Positions 1 through 7,241 of a stretch of 14,172 nucleotides of DNA are shown here, one piece after another. The stretch comes from Planctomycetota bacterium (lineage in GTDB: Bacteria; Planctomycetota; SZUA-567; H5-PLA8): contig BTVV01000146.1 in NCBI GenBank assembly GCA_045863855.1, positions 1 through 14,172 on the forward strand, read 5' to 3'. The position numbers and the translations under genes are program-made. Positions within the stretch are counted from its first letter, which is position 1; each line of letters opens with the position of its first letter. The notes beneath the pieces are model-generated. The model was given only the letters and a program-made list of their open reading frames with translations, did not search any database and was not told the DNA's origin.

Positions 1-166
1 CGGCGGGCGTGCGCATGGTCACGGCGACGGGGTGTACCGTGCCGTCGGCGAAGGCGACACGAATCTCGAGGGGCTCTTCGGCGGCGACTTCGTCGCCGCA
101 CGCTTCGCGCGCGCCGTCGCGGAGGCGCTGGACGGTCACGCGGCGGACAGCGCGCGGATCGCTCAC
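1..166 (-). CDS. fdhD: Formate dehydrogenase accessory sulfurtransferase FdhD, 5' part only (runs off the window edge)
   Basis: Not in the ORF track. Manual minus-strand translation from GTG at 166 gives MSDPRAVRRVTVQRLRDGAREACGDEVAAEEPLEIRVAFADGTVHPVAVTMRTPA, containing the FdhD N-terminal motifs D-x-V-A-x-EEPLEIRV and VTMRTP. The start overlaps the upstream stop (GTGA, 163-166). Confidence 0.9.
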   Translation of the reverse strand, partial: MSDPRAVRRVTVQRLRDGAREACGDEVAAEEPLEIRVAFADGTVHPVAVTMRTPA

Positions 167-642
167 GTGGCGCGCTCCTGGATTTCGGCCTCGAGCTGCG
201 CGCGTCCGTTCAAGATGGCTTGGCGGATGCGTTCGTTCTTGCGGCGCAGGTAAGCGCGGCGGATCGATTCGCCGGCGCACCAGCCGGCCAGTCCGCCCAA
301 GGCGATGCCCAGCGCGATGGCGCAGCCGGCGTGGGCGGCATGCCCGAGGCGGCTGCTGAAGACGTAGCCGTCGGGACCGTGCGCGACACCGACGCCCAGC
401 TTGAGCGCCGCGAAGGTCGGAAGCCAGACGGGGCTGGGTTCCCAGGCCGCGGCACGCAATCCGCTGGGCGCTTCGTAGCCGGGCGGGGGCGGAGCGTCGA
501 AGTAGAGCGCCGCGCCGCCGTAGGCCGCGCCGAGCATCAGGAAGCTGAACAGAATGAATCGAAAGAGCGAGAGCCCGCGCGGAAGATGCCCGCCTTCGCC
601 GGCGGCGACGAGGGGCGGCTCGCTTAGTTCGACCTCAGGCAT
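163..642 (-). CDS. Hypothetical membrane protein (~159 aa, two hydrophobic segments, charged C-terminal tail)
   Basis: ORF 163..690 with the start moved to ATG 642 (MPEVELSEPP) because of an AGGGAG SD and an upstream promoter-like motif. Hydrophobic stretches FILFSFLMLGAAYGGAALYF and AGCAIALGIALGGLAGWCAG. Translationally coupled to fdhD. Confidence 0.7.
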   Translation of the reverse strand: MPEVELSEPPLVAAGEGGHLPRGLSLFRFILFSFLMLGAAYGGAALYFDAPPPPGYEAPSGLRAAAWEPSPVWLPTFAALKLGVGVAHGPDGYVFSSRLGHAAHAGCAIALGIALGGLAGWCAGESIRRAYLRRKNERIRQAILNGRAQLEAEIQERAT

Positions 643-669
643 GGCGGACGGCTCCCTATGTAAGGAGGG

Positions 670-698
670 AGTATACCGGAAGAGGCTCAAGCCGGCAC
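670..698 (-). promoter_or_regulatory. Putative sigma-70 promoter for the membrane protein-fdhD unit
   Basis: Minus strand GTGCCG (698-693), 17 bp spacer, TATACT (675-670), about 27 nt upstream of ATG 642. Confidence 0.45.
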
Positions 699-919
699 GG
701 TGGGGTGCGAAGTGAAAAGGGAAGGCTCCAGGGCGAGTGAATTTACGGCGTAGAATCGCTCGCTTATTCGCATACCGGTGCGCTTGATTTTATCCAAAGT
801 GCACCGAGTTGTTCGCACAAGTTGCTTACCTTCATCGAGATGGCTAAGGGCCTTTGTGTGTAATCGCGCAGGAAGACGCTGCGCAGCGCGCTTCAAAGCC
901 AACGAAGTGTTGGATCCAT

Positions 920-936
920 TGCCCAAGTGTTGAGCA
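920..936. promoter_or_regulatory. Putative NtrC-like enhancer-binding-protein site
   Basis: 17-bp dyad TGCCCAAGTGTTGAGCA, similar to the NtrC consensus TGCACCA-N3-TGGTGCA, upstream of a sigma-54 motif. Confidence 0.35.
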
Positions 937-989
937 GGATGTGCAAGAGCATGGGCGTCCGATTCGCACGAAAACATCAGGAAGCCCTA

Positions 990-1004
990 TGGCCTTGCCT
1001 TTGC
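990..1004 (+). promoter_or_regulatory. Putative sigma-54 (-24/-12) promoter of the HAD gene
   Basis: TGGC-cttgcct-TTGC: GG (991-992) and GC (1003-1004) with the exact 10-nt spacing, about 60 bp upstream of ATG 1064. Confidence 0.55.
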
Positions 1005-1063
1005 GGTATGCGCTCGTGCGGTTCGAAAGCCGCTCCGGCGCACAACCTTGAAGGAGGTCACCC

Positions 1064-1945
1064 ATGCGCTCCATTGGAACCCTGGACGAAAACAACCGGT
1101 ACGGCTACTTGATCGACATGGACGGCGTGATCTACCGCGGCGGCGAATTGATCCGCGGCGCGGAAGGCTTCATCGGCGAGTTGCAGGCGAACGGGATCCC
1201 GTTTGCGTTCCTGACCAACAACAGCCAACGCACTCGGCGCGACGTGGTCACGAAGCTGGCGCGGATGGGCATCCGGGTGAGCGAGAACGAAGTCTTCACC
1301 TGCGCGATGGCGACGGCGCGGTTCCTGGCGAGCCAGAAGCCGCGCGGGACGGCGTACGTGATCGGCGAAGGCGGCTTGCAGACGGCGCTGCACCGCAACG
1401 GCTTCGCGATCGTGGACAAGGATCCCGACTACGTGGTCGTCGGCGAAGGGCGTACGGTGATGTTCGAGCAAGTCGAGGCGGCGTTGGGGATGCTCCGCGC
1501 CGGCGCGAAGCTCGTCGCGACCAACATGGACCCCAACTGCCCGACGCAGCACGGCGGGAGCCGGCCGGGCTGCGGCGCGGTCGTCGCGATGCTGGAAGCG
1601 GCCAGCGGGATCAAGGCCTTCAGCGCGGGGAAGCCCAGTCCGATCATGATGCGCTGCGCGCGCAAGATGCTGGGTCTGCGCAGCGAGCGGACGATCATGA
1701 TCGGAGACACGATGGAGACGGACATCCTGGGCGGTGTGCAGATGGGTTACAAGACGATCCTGGTGCTCAGCGGCGGGACGCAGCGCGACGATCTGGCACA
1801 CTACGCCTACGGTCCGGACCTGGTGGTGAACTCGATCGCCGACCTGCGTCACGAGCGGCTGGTGGAGCAGTTCCGGATGACGCCGGACGCGATGCCGGTG
1901 CCGGCGTTCGAGCCGGCGATGCTGGAGTTGGCGCAGGCCAGGTAA
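1064..1945 (+). CDS. HAD-IIA family hydrolase (NagD-like sugar/nucleotide phosphatase)
   Basis: Motif I LIDMDGVIY, motif II FLTNNS, cap-domain ATNMD, GKPSP and motif IV IGDTMETDILGG. Strong SD AAGGAGG at 1051-1057. Confidence 0.93.
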   Translation: MRSIGTLDENNRYGYLIDMDGVIYRGGELIRGAEGFIGELQANGIPFAFLTNNSQRTRRDVVTKLARMGIRVSENEVFTCAMATARFLASQKPRGTAYVIGEGGLQTALHRNGFAIVDKDPDYVVVGEGRTVMFEQVEAALGMLRAGAKLVATNMDPNCPTQHGGSRPGCGAVVAMLEAASGIKAFSAGKPSPIMMRCARKMLGLRSERTIMIGDTMETDILGGVQMGYKTILVLSGGTQRDDLAHYAYGPDLVVNSIADLRHERLVEQFRMTPDAMPVPAFEPAMLELAQAR

Positions 1946-2051
1946 CGGGTGGAAACGGTAAGTACCAAACAAACTGCAAACGGAAAAGTGGATAGGTTAC
2001 GGCTTGCGTACATGGTGTGGCCGACAACAGGCGCGCGAGACGCATTCACGA

Positions 2052-2756
2052 TTAGCCGTAGCGGTCTTCGCGCCAGGGATGGGCGGAGTTGCTGTAGCCG
2101 CGCTGTTCCCAGAAGCCGGGCTGGTCGGCGGTGAGGAACTCGATGCGCTTGATCCACTTCGAGCCCTTCCAGGCGTAAAGCTGGGGCGTAATCATGCGCA
2201 CGGGTCCGCCGTGTTCCGGCGGCAGCGGCTGACCGTAGGCGGTGTGGACGAGCAAGACGTCGGGTTTGAGCGCCTCGGCGAGCGGAACGTTCGTGGTGTA
2301 GCCGTCGTAGCCGTGGCACATCACGTGTTCGGCGGCCTCGAGCGGTTCGGCGAGCGCGGCAAGATCGGCAAAGCGGACGCCCTTCCACGGCACGTCCATC
2401 TTCGACCAGGTGGTGACGCAGTGGAAGTCGCTGGTGTCGTCGGTCTGTTCGAGCTGCAGGAATTCCCGCCAGTTGAACGCGAGCGGATGGCGGCAGGCGC
2501 CGTCGACGGTGAGCGTCCAGTTGGCGGTGTCGAGTTCGGGCACGATGCCCAGATCGAGGACGGGCCAGCCCTTGGTGATGTGCTGCCCGGGGGGCAGCTT
2601 AGGCATGCCGTGGCGGTTGGCCGGCCCGGCGCCGCGCGGCTCGGCGTCGCTGAGCGCCGGGGTGGCCTGCATCTTGGCTTCGAAGCGGCGCTTGAGGGCC
2701 ATGCGCGCGTCGACGATGCGGTCGAGCTTGGGCGGGTGTTGGGCTTCTTCGGGCAT
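2052..2756 (-). CDS. Molybdopterin-dependent oxidoreductase, sulfite oxidase-like (YedY/YuiH-type Oxidored_molyb domain), apparently cytoplasmic
   Basis: LPPGQ..WPVL, DFHCVTTWSK (Mo-ligating Cys), GYTTNVPL, EHGGPVRM..P.LYAWKGSKWIKRIEF and PGFWEQRGY. SD GGAGAG upstream. Confidence 0.92.
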   Translation of the reverse strand: MPEEAQHPPKLDRIVDARMALKRRFEAKMQATPALSDAEPRGAGPANRHGMPKLPPGQHITKGWPVLDLGIVPELDTANWTLTVDGACRHPLAFNWREFLQLEQTDDTSDFHCVTTWSKMDVPWKGVRFADLAALAEPLEAAEHVMCHGYDGYTTNVPLAEALKPDVLLVHTAYGQPLPPEHGGPVRMITPQLYAWKGSKWIKRIEFLTADQPGFWEQRGYSNSAHPWREDRYG

Positions 2757-2786
2757 GTGCGGCTCTCCGATCGGGCGGACGAATCG

Positions 2787-2795
2787 ACTTTACCA
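2787..2795 (-). promoter_or_regulatory. Possible extended -10 element for the molybdoenzyme gene
   Basis: Minus strand TGgTAAAGT about 30 nt upstream of ATG 2756; no good -35. Confidence 0.3.
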
Positions 2796-2860
2796 CGGAG
2801 GCGCAGATGGCACAGAGGTTCGCCGGGGAAATTCCGGCACGCCTCGGGTGCCGTTCGAGC

Positions 2861-2919
2861 AGGGCACGCGGGGTGCATCGTGTACGCAGGGCCGCTGAGC
2901 TAACGGGCCCGCGTGCCTT
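2861..2919. repeat. Inverted repeat / stem-loop between the MFS stop and the molybdoenzyme start
   Basis: GGCACGCGGG (2863-2872) and CCCGCGTGCC (2908-2917) are perfect reverse complements and enclose smaller internal hairpins. Confidence 0.6.
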
Positions 2920-2927
2920 GGCAGCTT

Positions 2928-4163
2928 TTAGCTCGCAGGACGTTCCGCCGCGGGTTGGGCTTTGAAGCCGATCAGGAAGACGAAGAGAATCGCGAAGCAG
3001 CCGGCGGCCGGGACGGTCCAGAAGGCGTGCCAGTCGAGGACCGCCGGCGCGCCTTGCTCCGCTGCCGGCGTGGTGTAGCGCGCGCCGACCATTTCCATCA
3101 CGTAGGCGCCCACGAACATCCCGAACCCGTAGGTGATCCAGGTGAGGAAGCTCTGGACGCTTCCGCGCACGTCCGGCGGGCTGATCGATTCGAAGTAGAT
3201 CATCGCCGCGGCGATGCCGCAGGCGAAGCAGACGCCGTGCAGCGCTTGCGAGGCGATCACCAGCCACGCCGGCGTGCCTAACGCGAAGACGGCGAAGCGC
3301 AGTGCCCAGGCGAAGAGGCCGATGGCGATGGTCTTCTTCGGCCCGAGCTTTTTGTACACGAACGGGAGCAGGAACATGGTCACGATCTCGGCGGCCTGCC
3401 CGATGCTTTGGGTTGGGCCGAGCCATTCGTCGGCGATGCCGAGCGTGGGGAAGAACTGCGCGTTCTTGAAGTAATAGAAGGTAGCGAAAATCAGGAGCAC
3501 GAAGGCGAGGAGGCTGAAGAGCGCGAAGGAACCGTTCTTGAGCATGCCGAGGGTCTTGGCCAGCGCCATTTTTTCGGCGGCGTCGCGCTTGGGCGGCGTG
3601 TGGGGGAGCGTGAACGAATAGAGCCCGTTCAAGATCGCGGCGCTGCCGGCCACCACGAGGCAGGCGCTCAGGTTCATATCGAACGCGTGCATGACGCCGT
3701 TCACGATAAAAGCCGAAGCGATCCAGCCGACGGTGCCCCAGACGCGGATGAGGGGGAAGTCGGCGGCGGGGTCTTTGAGGTGGTGGAAGCAGATGGCGTT
3801 GCCCAGCCCCAGGGTCGGGCCGAAGAGCAGCATGGTGGCGAGGAGGAGCCCCCACATGCTCGAGAAGTCGGGCGTATCGATGCGTGAGGCGATCAGAAGA
3901 AGCGTACCGGCGCCCAGGAAACTGACGCCCATGTAGCGTTCGGCGGCGAACCAGCGGTCGGCGATCTGTCCGGCGATGAGCGGGGTGATCATGATCGCGA
4001 GCGGACCGGTGCCCATGATCGGGCCGGCTTGTTCGGGGGCGAAGCCGAGGTTGAGGAGGTGCTTGTAAAGGACCGGCGCCCAAGCGCCCCAGACGGCGAA
4101 CTGGAGGAACATCTGGACGCTCAGCCGCGTGCGCAGCCAGGGAATACCCGAAGCGGTTTCCAT
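2928..4163 (-). CDS. MFS transporter, nucleoside:H+ symporter (NHS; NupG/XapB/YegT-like) family
   Basis: RLSVQMFLQFAVWGAW, GQIADRWF, FPLIRVWGTVGWI, SIGQAAEI, QALHGVCF and DVRGSVQS...YGFGMFVG. About 12 hydrophobic segments in 411 aa. Confidence 0.9.
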   Translation of the reverse strand: METASGIPWLRTRLSVQMFLQFAVWGAWAPVLYKHLLNLGFAPEQAGPIMGTGPLAIMITPLIAGQIADRWFAAERYMGVSFLGAGTLLLIASRIDTPDFSSMWGLLLATMLLFGPTLGLGNAICFHHLKDPAADFPLIRVWGTVGWIASAFIVNGVMHAFDMNLSACLVVAGSAAILNGLYSFTLPHTPPKRDAAEKMALAKTLGMLKNGSFALFSLLAFVLLIFATFYYFKNAQFFPTLGIADEWLGPTQSIGQAAEIVTMFLLPFVYKKLGPKKTIAIGLFAWALRFAVFALGTPAWLVIASQALHGVCFACGIAAAMIYFESISPPDVRGSVQSFLTWITYGFGMFVGAYVMEMVGARYTTPAAEQGAPAVLDWHAFWTVPAAGCFAILFVFLIGFKAQPAAERPAS

Positions 4164-4173
4164 ATGGGCGGGA

Positions 4174-4201
4174 AGTGTAGGGCCTTTTCGGGTCCGCGCA
4201 A
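4174..4201 (-). promoter_or_regulatory. Putative sigma-70 promoter of the MFS gene (near-leaderless)
   Basis: Minus strand TTGCGC (4201-4196), 16 bp spacer, TACACT (4179-4174). Only 10 nt separate it from ATG 4163 and no SD is present. Confidence 0.5.
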
Positions 4202-4218
4202 CGGCGGGGTGCAGGCTG

Positions 4219-4245
4219 TTGCCGGAGCGGCGGGTCTGCTACAAT
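4219..4245 (+). promoter_or_regulatory. Putative extended -10 promoter pointing to the Uma2 remnant and hutU
   Basis: TGcTACAAT at 4237-4245. TTGCCG at 4219-4224, but with a short 15-bp spacer. Confidence 0.45.
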
Positions 4246-4273
4246 CTCGCCGGATCGACCGTGGAGCCGGGCT

Positions 4274-4489
4274 TTGGGACGCGTTCGGAAGCCGGTACGC
4301 ATCAGCGAGCTTTCCGAACCGCAGCCGGATGTCGCCGTATTGCGCTCGCGTGCCGATGAGTACGGCGATGCGCATCCGGGTCCCAAGGACGTGCTGCTGC
4401 TGATCGAAGTGGCGGATACGCCGTTCGATAAGGAACGCGGCAAGACGGTCGCGGTCAACGCGATTCTGGGCAAGAAGAGCAAACGCTAA
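4274..4489 (+). pseudogene. Truncated, internally deleted Uma2 (DUF820) PD-(D/E)XK endonuclease-family remnant
   Basis: PVRISELSEPQPDVAVLRSRADEYGDAHPGPKDVLLLIEVADT matches the Uma2 core (SEPQPD...HP.P.DVLLLIEVADS). Only 71 aa; it lacks the N-terminal region and the K..LYA..GIPEYW segment. Confidence 0.8.
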
Positions 4490-4509
4490 CGGCGGCTTCG
4501 AGAGCCTTC

Positions 4510-6234
4510 ATGTCCGCGCCTATCGGTCCCATCAGCAAGCTTTACTTGAACGAGTTCGGCCGTTCGCCCACGGGCCGCAAGCGGCAGTGCCGCGGCTGGC
4601 GGCAGGAAGCGGCGCTGCGGCTGCTGAACAACAACCTCGATCCGGCGGTGGCCGAGAACCCGCGCGAGCTGGTGGTTTACGGCGGCATCGGGCGCGCGGC
4701 GCGCGACTGGAAGAGCTACGACGCGCTGATCGGCCGGCTTCGAGCCCTTCGCGACGACGAGACGCTGCTGGTTCAGAGCGGCAAGCCGGTGGGCGTGTTT
4801 CGCACGCACGCGCGCGCACCGCGGGTGCTGATCGCGAACAGCAACCTCGTCGGGCGCTGGGCGACGTGGGATCATTTTTTCGAACTCGAAGCGGCTGGCA
4901 AAATGATGTACGGGCAGATGACCGCCGGAAGCTGGGCGTACATCGGCACGCAGGGAATTATCCAAGGCACGTACGAGACGTTCGCGGCGTGCGCGCGCAA
5001 ACATTTCGGCGGGACGCTGCGGGGACGCCTGGTGCTCACGGCCGGGCTGGGCGGGATGGGCGGGGCGCAACCGCTGGCGGTGACGATGAACGGCGGCGTG
5101 GCGCTGTGCGTGGAGGCCGATGCGACGCGGATCGCCAAGCGCATCGAGACGCGCTACCTCGAACGTCAGACCGCGTCGCTCGACGAGGCCGTGGGGTGGT
5201 GCGAGGCCGCGCGGAAGGAGAAGCGCGCGCTGAGCGTGGGGCTATTGGGCAACGCGGCGCTGACGCATCCGGAATTGCTCCGGCGCGGCCTGCGGCCGGA
5301 GATCGTGACGGATCAGACGAGCGCGCACGACGAGCTGAACGGGTACATCCCGCCGGGCTACGGCGCGCAGGACGCGGCGAAGCTGCGGAAGTCGAATCCG
5401 GAGCGGTATAAGCGACTCGCGCTGCGGGGCATGGCCGCGCACGTGAAAGCGATGCTGGGCTTTCAGAAGCGCGGCGCGGTGGTTTTCGATTACGGGAACA
5501 ACATCCGCGGGCAGGTGCAGGACAAGCTGGGCTTCAAGGGTGCGTTTAAGATTCCCGGGTTCGTGCCCGAGTACATCCGGCCGCTGTTCTGCGAGGGGCG
5601 CGGGCCGTTCCGGTGGCTGGCGTTATCGGGCGACGCGCGCGATATCGAGGCGACCGACGAGCTGGCGCTGCGGATGTTCAAGCGCGATGCGGCGCTGTGC
5701 CGCTGGATCCGGCTGGCGCGGGAGCGCGTCGCGTTCCAAGGTTTGCCGGCGCGTGTCTTCTGGCTTGGCTACGGCGAACGGGAGCACTTCGCGCTGGCGC
5801 TGAACCGATTGGTGCGCGAACGGAAGGTCCGCGCGCCGCTCGTCGTCACGCGGGACCACCTCGATTGCGGGAGCGTGGCGAGTCCGAACCGCGAGACGGA
5901 GGCGATGCGCGACGGGACCGACGCGGTGGCCGACTGGCCGGTTCTCAATGCGCTGCTCAACTGCGCGGCGGGCGCGGATATAGTGAGTTTCCACCACGGC
6001 GGCGGCGTGGGCATGGGCTACAGTCTGCACGCGAATTGCCATGTGGTGCTCGACGGCGGGAAGCTGGCCGGCGAGAAAGCTCGCGCGGTCTTCGTGACCG
6101 ATCCGGGGATGGGCGTGATCCGCCACGCCGACGCGGGATATCCGGCGGCGCTGGCGTTCGCGCGGCGGCATGGGATCGCGATACCGATGGACGAACGCAC
6201 TTCCAGAAAGAGGGGCACCGTTGTCCGACGCTAA
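4510..6234 (+). CDS. hutU: Urocanate hydratase
   Basis: [101 protein letters not shown] and RHADAGY. Confidence 0.98.
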   Translation: MSAPIGPISKLYLNEFGRSPTGRKRQCRGWRQEAALRLLNNNLDPAVAENPRELVVYGGIGRAARDWKSYDALIGRLRALRDDETLLVQSGKPVGVFRTHARAPRVLIANSNLVGRWATWDHFFELEAAGKMMYGQMTAGSWAYIGTQGIIQGTYETFAACARKHFGGTLRGRLVLTAGLGGMGGAQPLAVTMNGGVALCVEADATRIAKRIETRYLERQTASLDEAVGWCEAARKEKRALSVGLLGNAALTHPELLRRGLRPEIVTDQTSAHDELNGYIPPGYGAQDAAKLRKSNPERYKRLALRGMAAHVKAMLGFQKRGAVVFDYGNNIRGQVQDKLGFKGAFKIPGFVPEYIRPLFCEGRGPFRWLALSGDARDIEATDELALRMFKRDAALCRWIRLARERVAFQGLPARVFWLGYGEREHFALALNRLVRERKVRAPLVVTRDHLDCGSVASPNRETEAMRDGTDAVADWPVLNALLNCAAGADIVSFHHGGGVGMGYSLHANCHVVLDGGKLAGEKARAVFVTDPGMGVIRHADAGYPAALAFARRHGIAIPMDERTSRKRGTVVRR

Positions 6235-7240
6235 CGTGGAACGTCCGGGAGTGGTGCGCACGGCGGCGGAGGGGCTGGCCGGCGCGTTTCCGTGGCCGTC
6301 GTCGTCGCCCGATCCGCTCGACGAGCTGCTCGGATCGCGCGTATCGACGCGCGCGGAAGACGTGGCCGCGGCCGACGCGATTCTGTACGGGCTTCCGTTC
6401 GACGGAGCGGTGCTTGGGCGCAAGGGCGCGGCGGCCGGCCCGCGTGCGATTCGTCTGGCGGCGCGCAAGTTGAAGACGGCGCGGCTCGACGGGCGCGCGA
6501 TCGCGGCGCGCGTGGCGGATCTGGGCGACGCGGAACTGCCGCTCACCGACGTACTTGCCGCTCACGCCGGCGCCGAGAAGTGGGCGCGGCGCGCGCGCGA
6601 GCACGCTCAGCGCGGTTCGGGCAAGCGGCCCGCGCGCGTGATCGCGCTGGGCGGCGACCACTCGCTCGCGTTTCCGTGCGTGAAGCCGTACCTCGATTCG
6701 TTCGGCGCGATCCTGGGCGTGATCAACCTCGACGCGCACTTGGACGTGCGCGCGGTGGGCGAAGGCCAGGCGCCGAACAGCGGCACCGGATTCGGGCGGC
6801 TGCTCGACGCGGGCTTAAAGTCGTATCTTTGCGTCGGCGCTCGCGATTTCCAGACTTCGGGGGCGTATATCGACCGGGCGATTCAAGCCGGCGCGCGGAT
6901 CGTGCCGGCGATGGCGGTGCATACGCAGGGTTCCTCGCGGGTGGCCGAGCACATTTTTTCGTCCCTGCCGCGCGAAGTGCAGGCGATTTACCTGAGCATC
7001 GATCTCGACGTGGCCGATGCGTCGGTCGCACCGGGGGTGAGTGCGCCGACGCCGGGAGGACTGTTCGCGCACCAGCTTTTCGAATTGGTCCGGCTGCTGG
7101 CGTCCGATCCGCGGGTGGTGGCGTGCGATATCATGGAACTGGCGCCGATGCTGGAGCCGCCGGGAACGGACGTCACGGGCCGGCTCGCGGCGGGGTGTCT
7201 GGCGGAGTTGCTGGCGACGACGCGCGTGCAGGAGGCTTAA
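6221..7240 (+). CDS. hutG: Formimidoylglutamase (arginase/ureohydrolase family)
   Basis: [32 protein letters not shown] and [21 protein letters not shown], located between hutU and hutI. Start placed at TTG 6221 after AGAGGGG (the ORF track starts at 6170); the start is uncertain. Confidence 0.9.
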   Translation: MSDANVERPGVVRTAAEGLAGAFPWPSSSPDPLDELLGSRVSTRAEDVAAADAILYGLPFDGAVLGRKGAAAGPRAIRLAARKLKTARLDGRAIAARVADLGDAELPLTDVLAAHAGAEKWARRAREHAQRGSGKRPARVIALGGDHSLAFPCVKPYLDSFGAILGVINLDAHLDVRAVGEGQAPNSGTGFGRLLDAGLKSYLCVGARDFQTSGAYIDRAIQAGARIVPAMAVHTQGSSRVAEHIFSSLPREVQAIYLSIDLDVADASVAPGVSAPTPGGLFAHQLFELVRLLASDPRVVACDIMELAPMLEPPGTDVTGRLAAGCLAELLATTRVQEA

Positions 7241-7241
7241 C

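Noticed and set aside
687..1112. Small ORFs in the spacer upstream of the HAD gene
   Set aside because: No SD, atypical composition and no motifs; the region is better explained as regulatory DNA.
1946..2051. Terminator or small RNA between the convergent HAD and molybdoenzyme genes
   Set aside because: No convincing stem with a U-tract; the AAACGG(T/AA)AAGT repeat is too short to support a call.
2600..2756. Tat signal (KRRF) and msrP assignment for the molybdoenzyme
   Set aside because: No hydrophobic h-region follows the RR, and there is no msrQ neighbour.
2892..2910. Minus-strand GGGCCCGTTAGCTCAGCGG resembles a tRNA 5' end
   Set aside because: There is no complementary D-stem GAGC, no proper GTTCGA T-loop and no acceptor-stem partner, so it cannot fold as a cloverleaf.
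2599..4482. 627-aa minus-strand ORF
   Set aside because: Out-of-frame shadow of the MFS gene; Arg/Pro-rich with no motifs, typical of high-GC DNA.
4164..4510. HutC operator (TGTA-N2-TACA type) upstream of hutU
   Set aside because: No such dyad was found and there is no hutC gene in the window.
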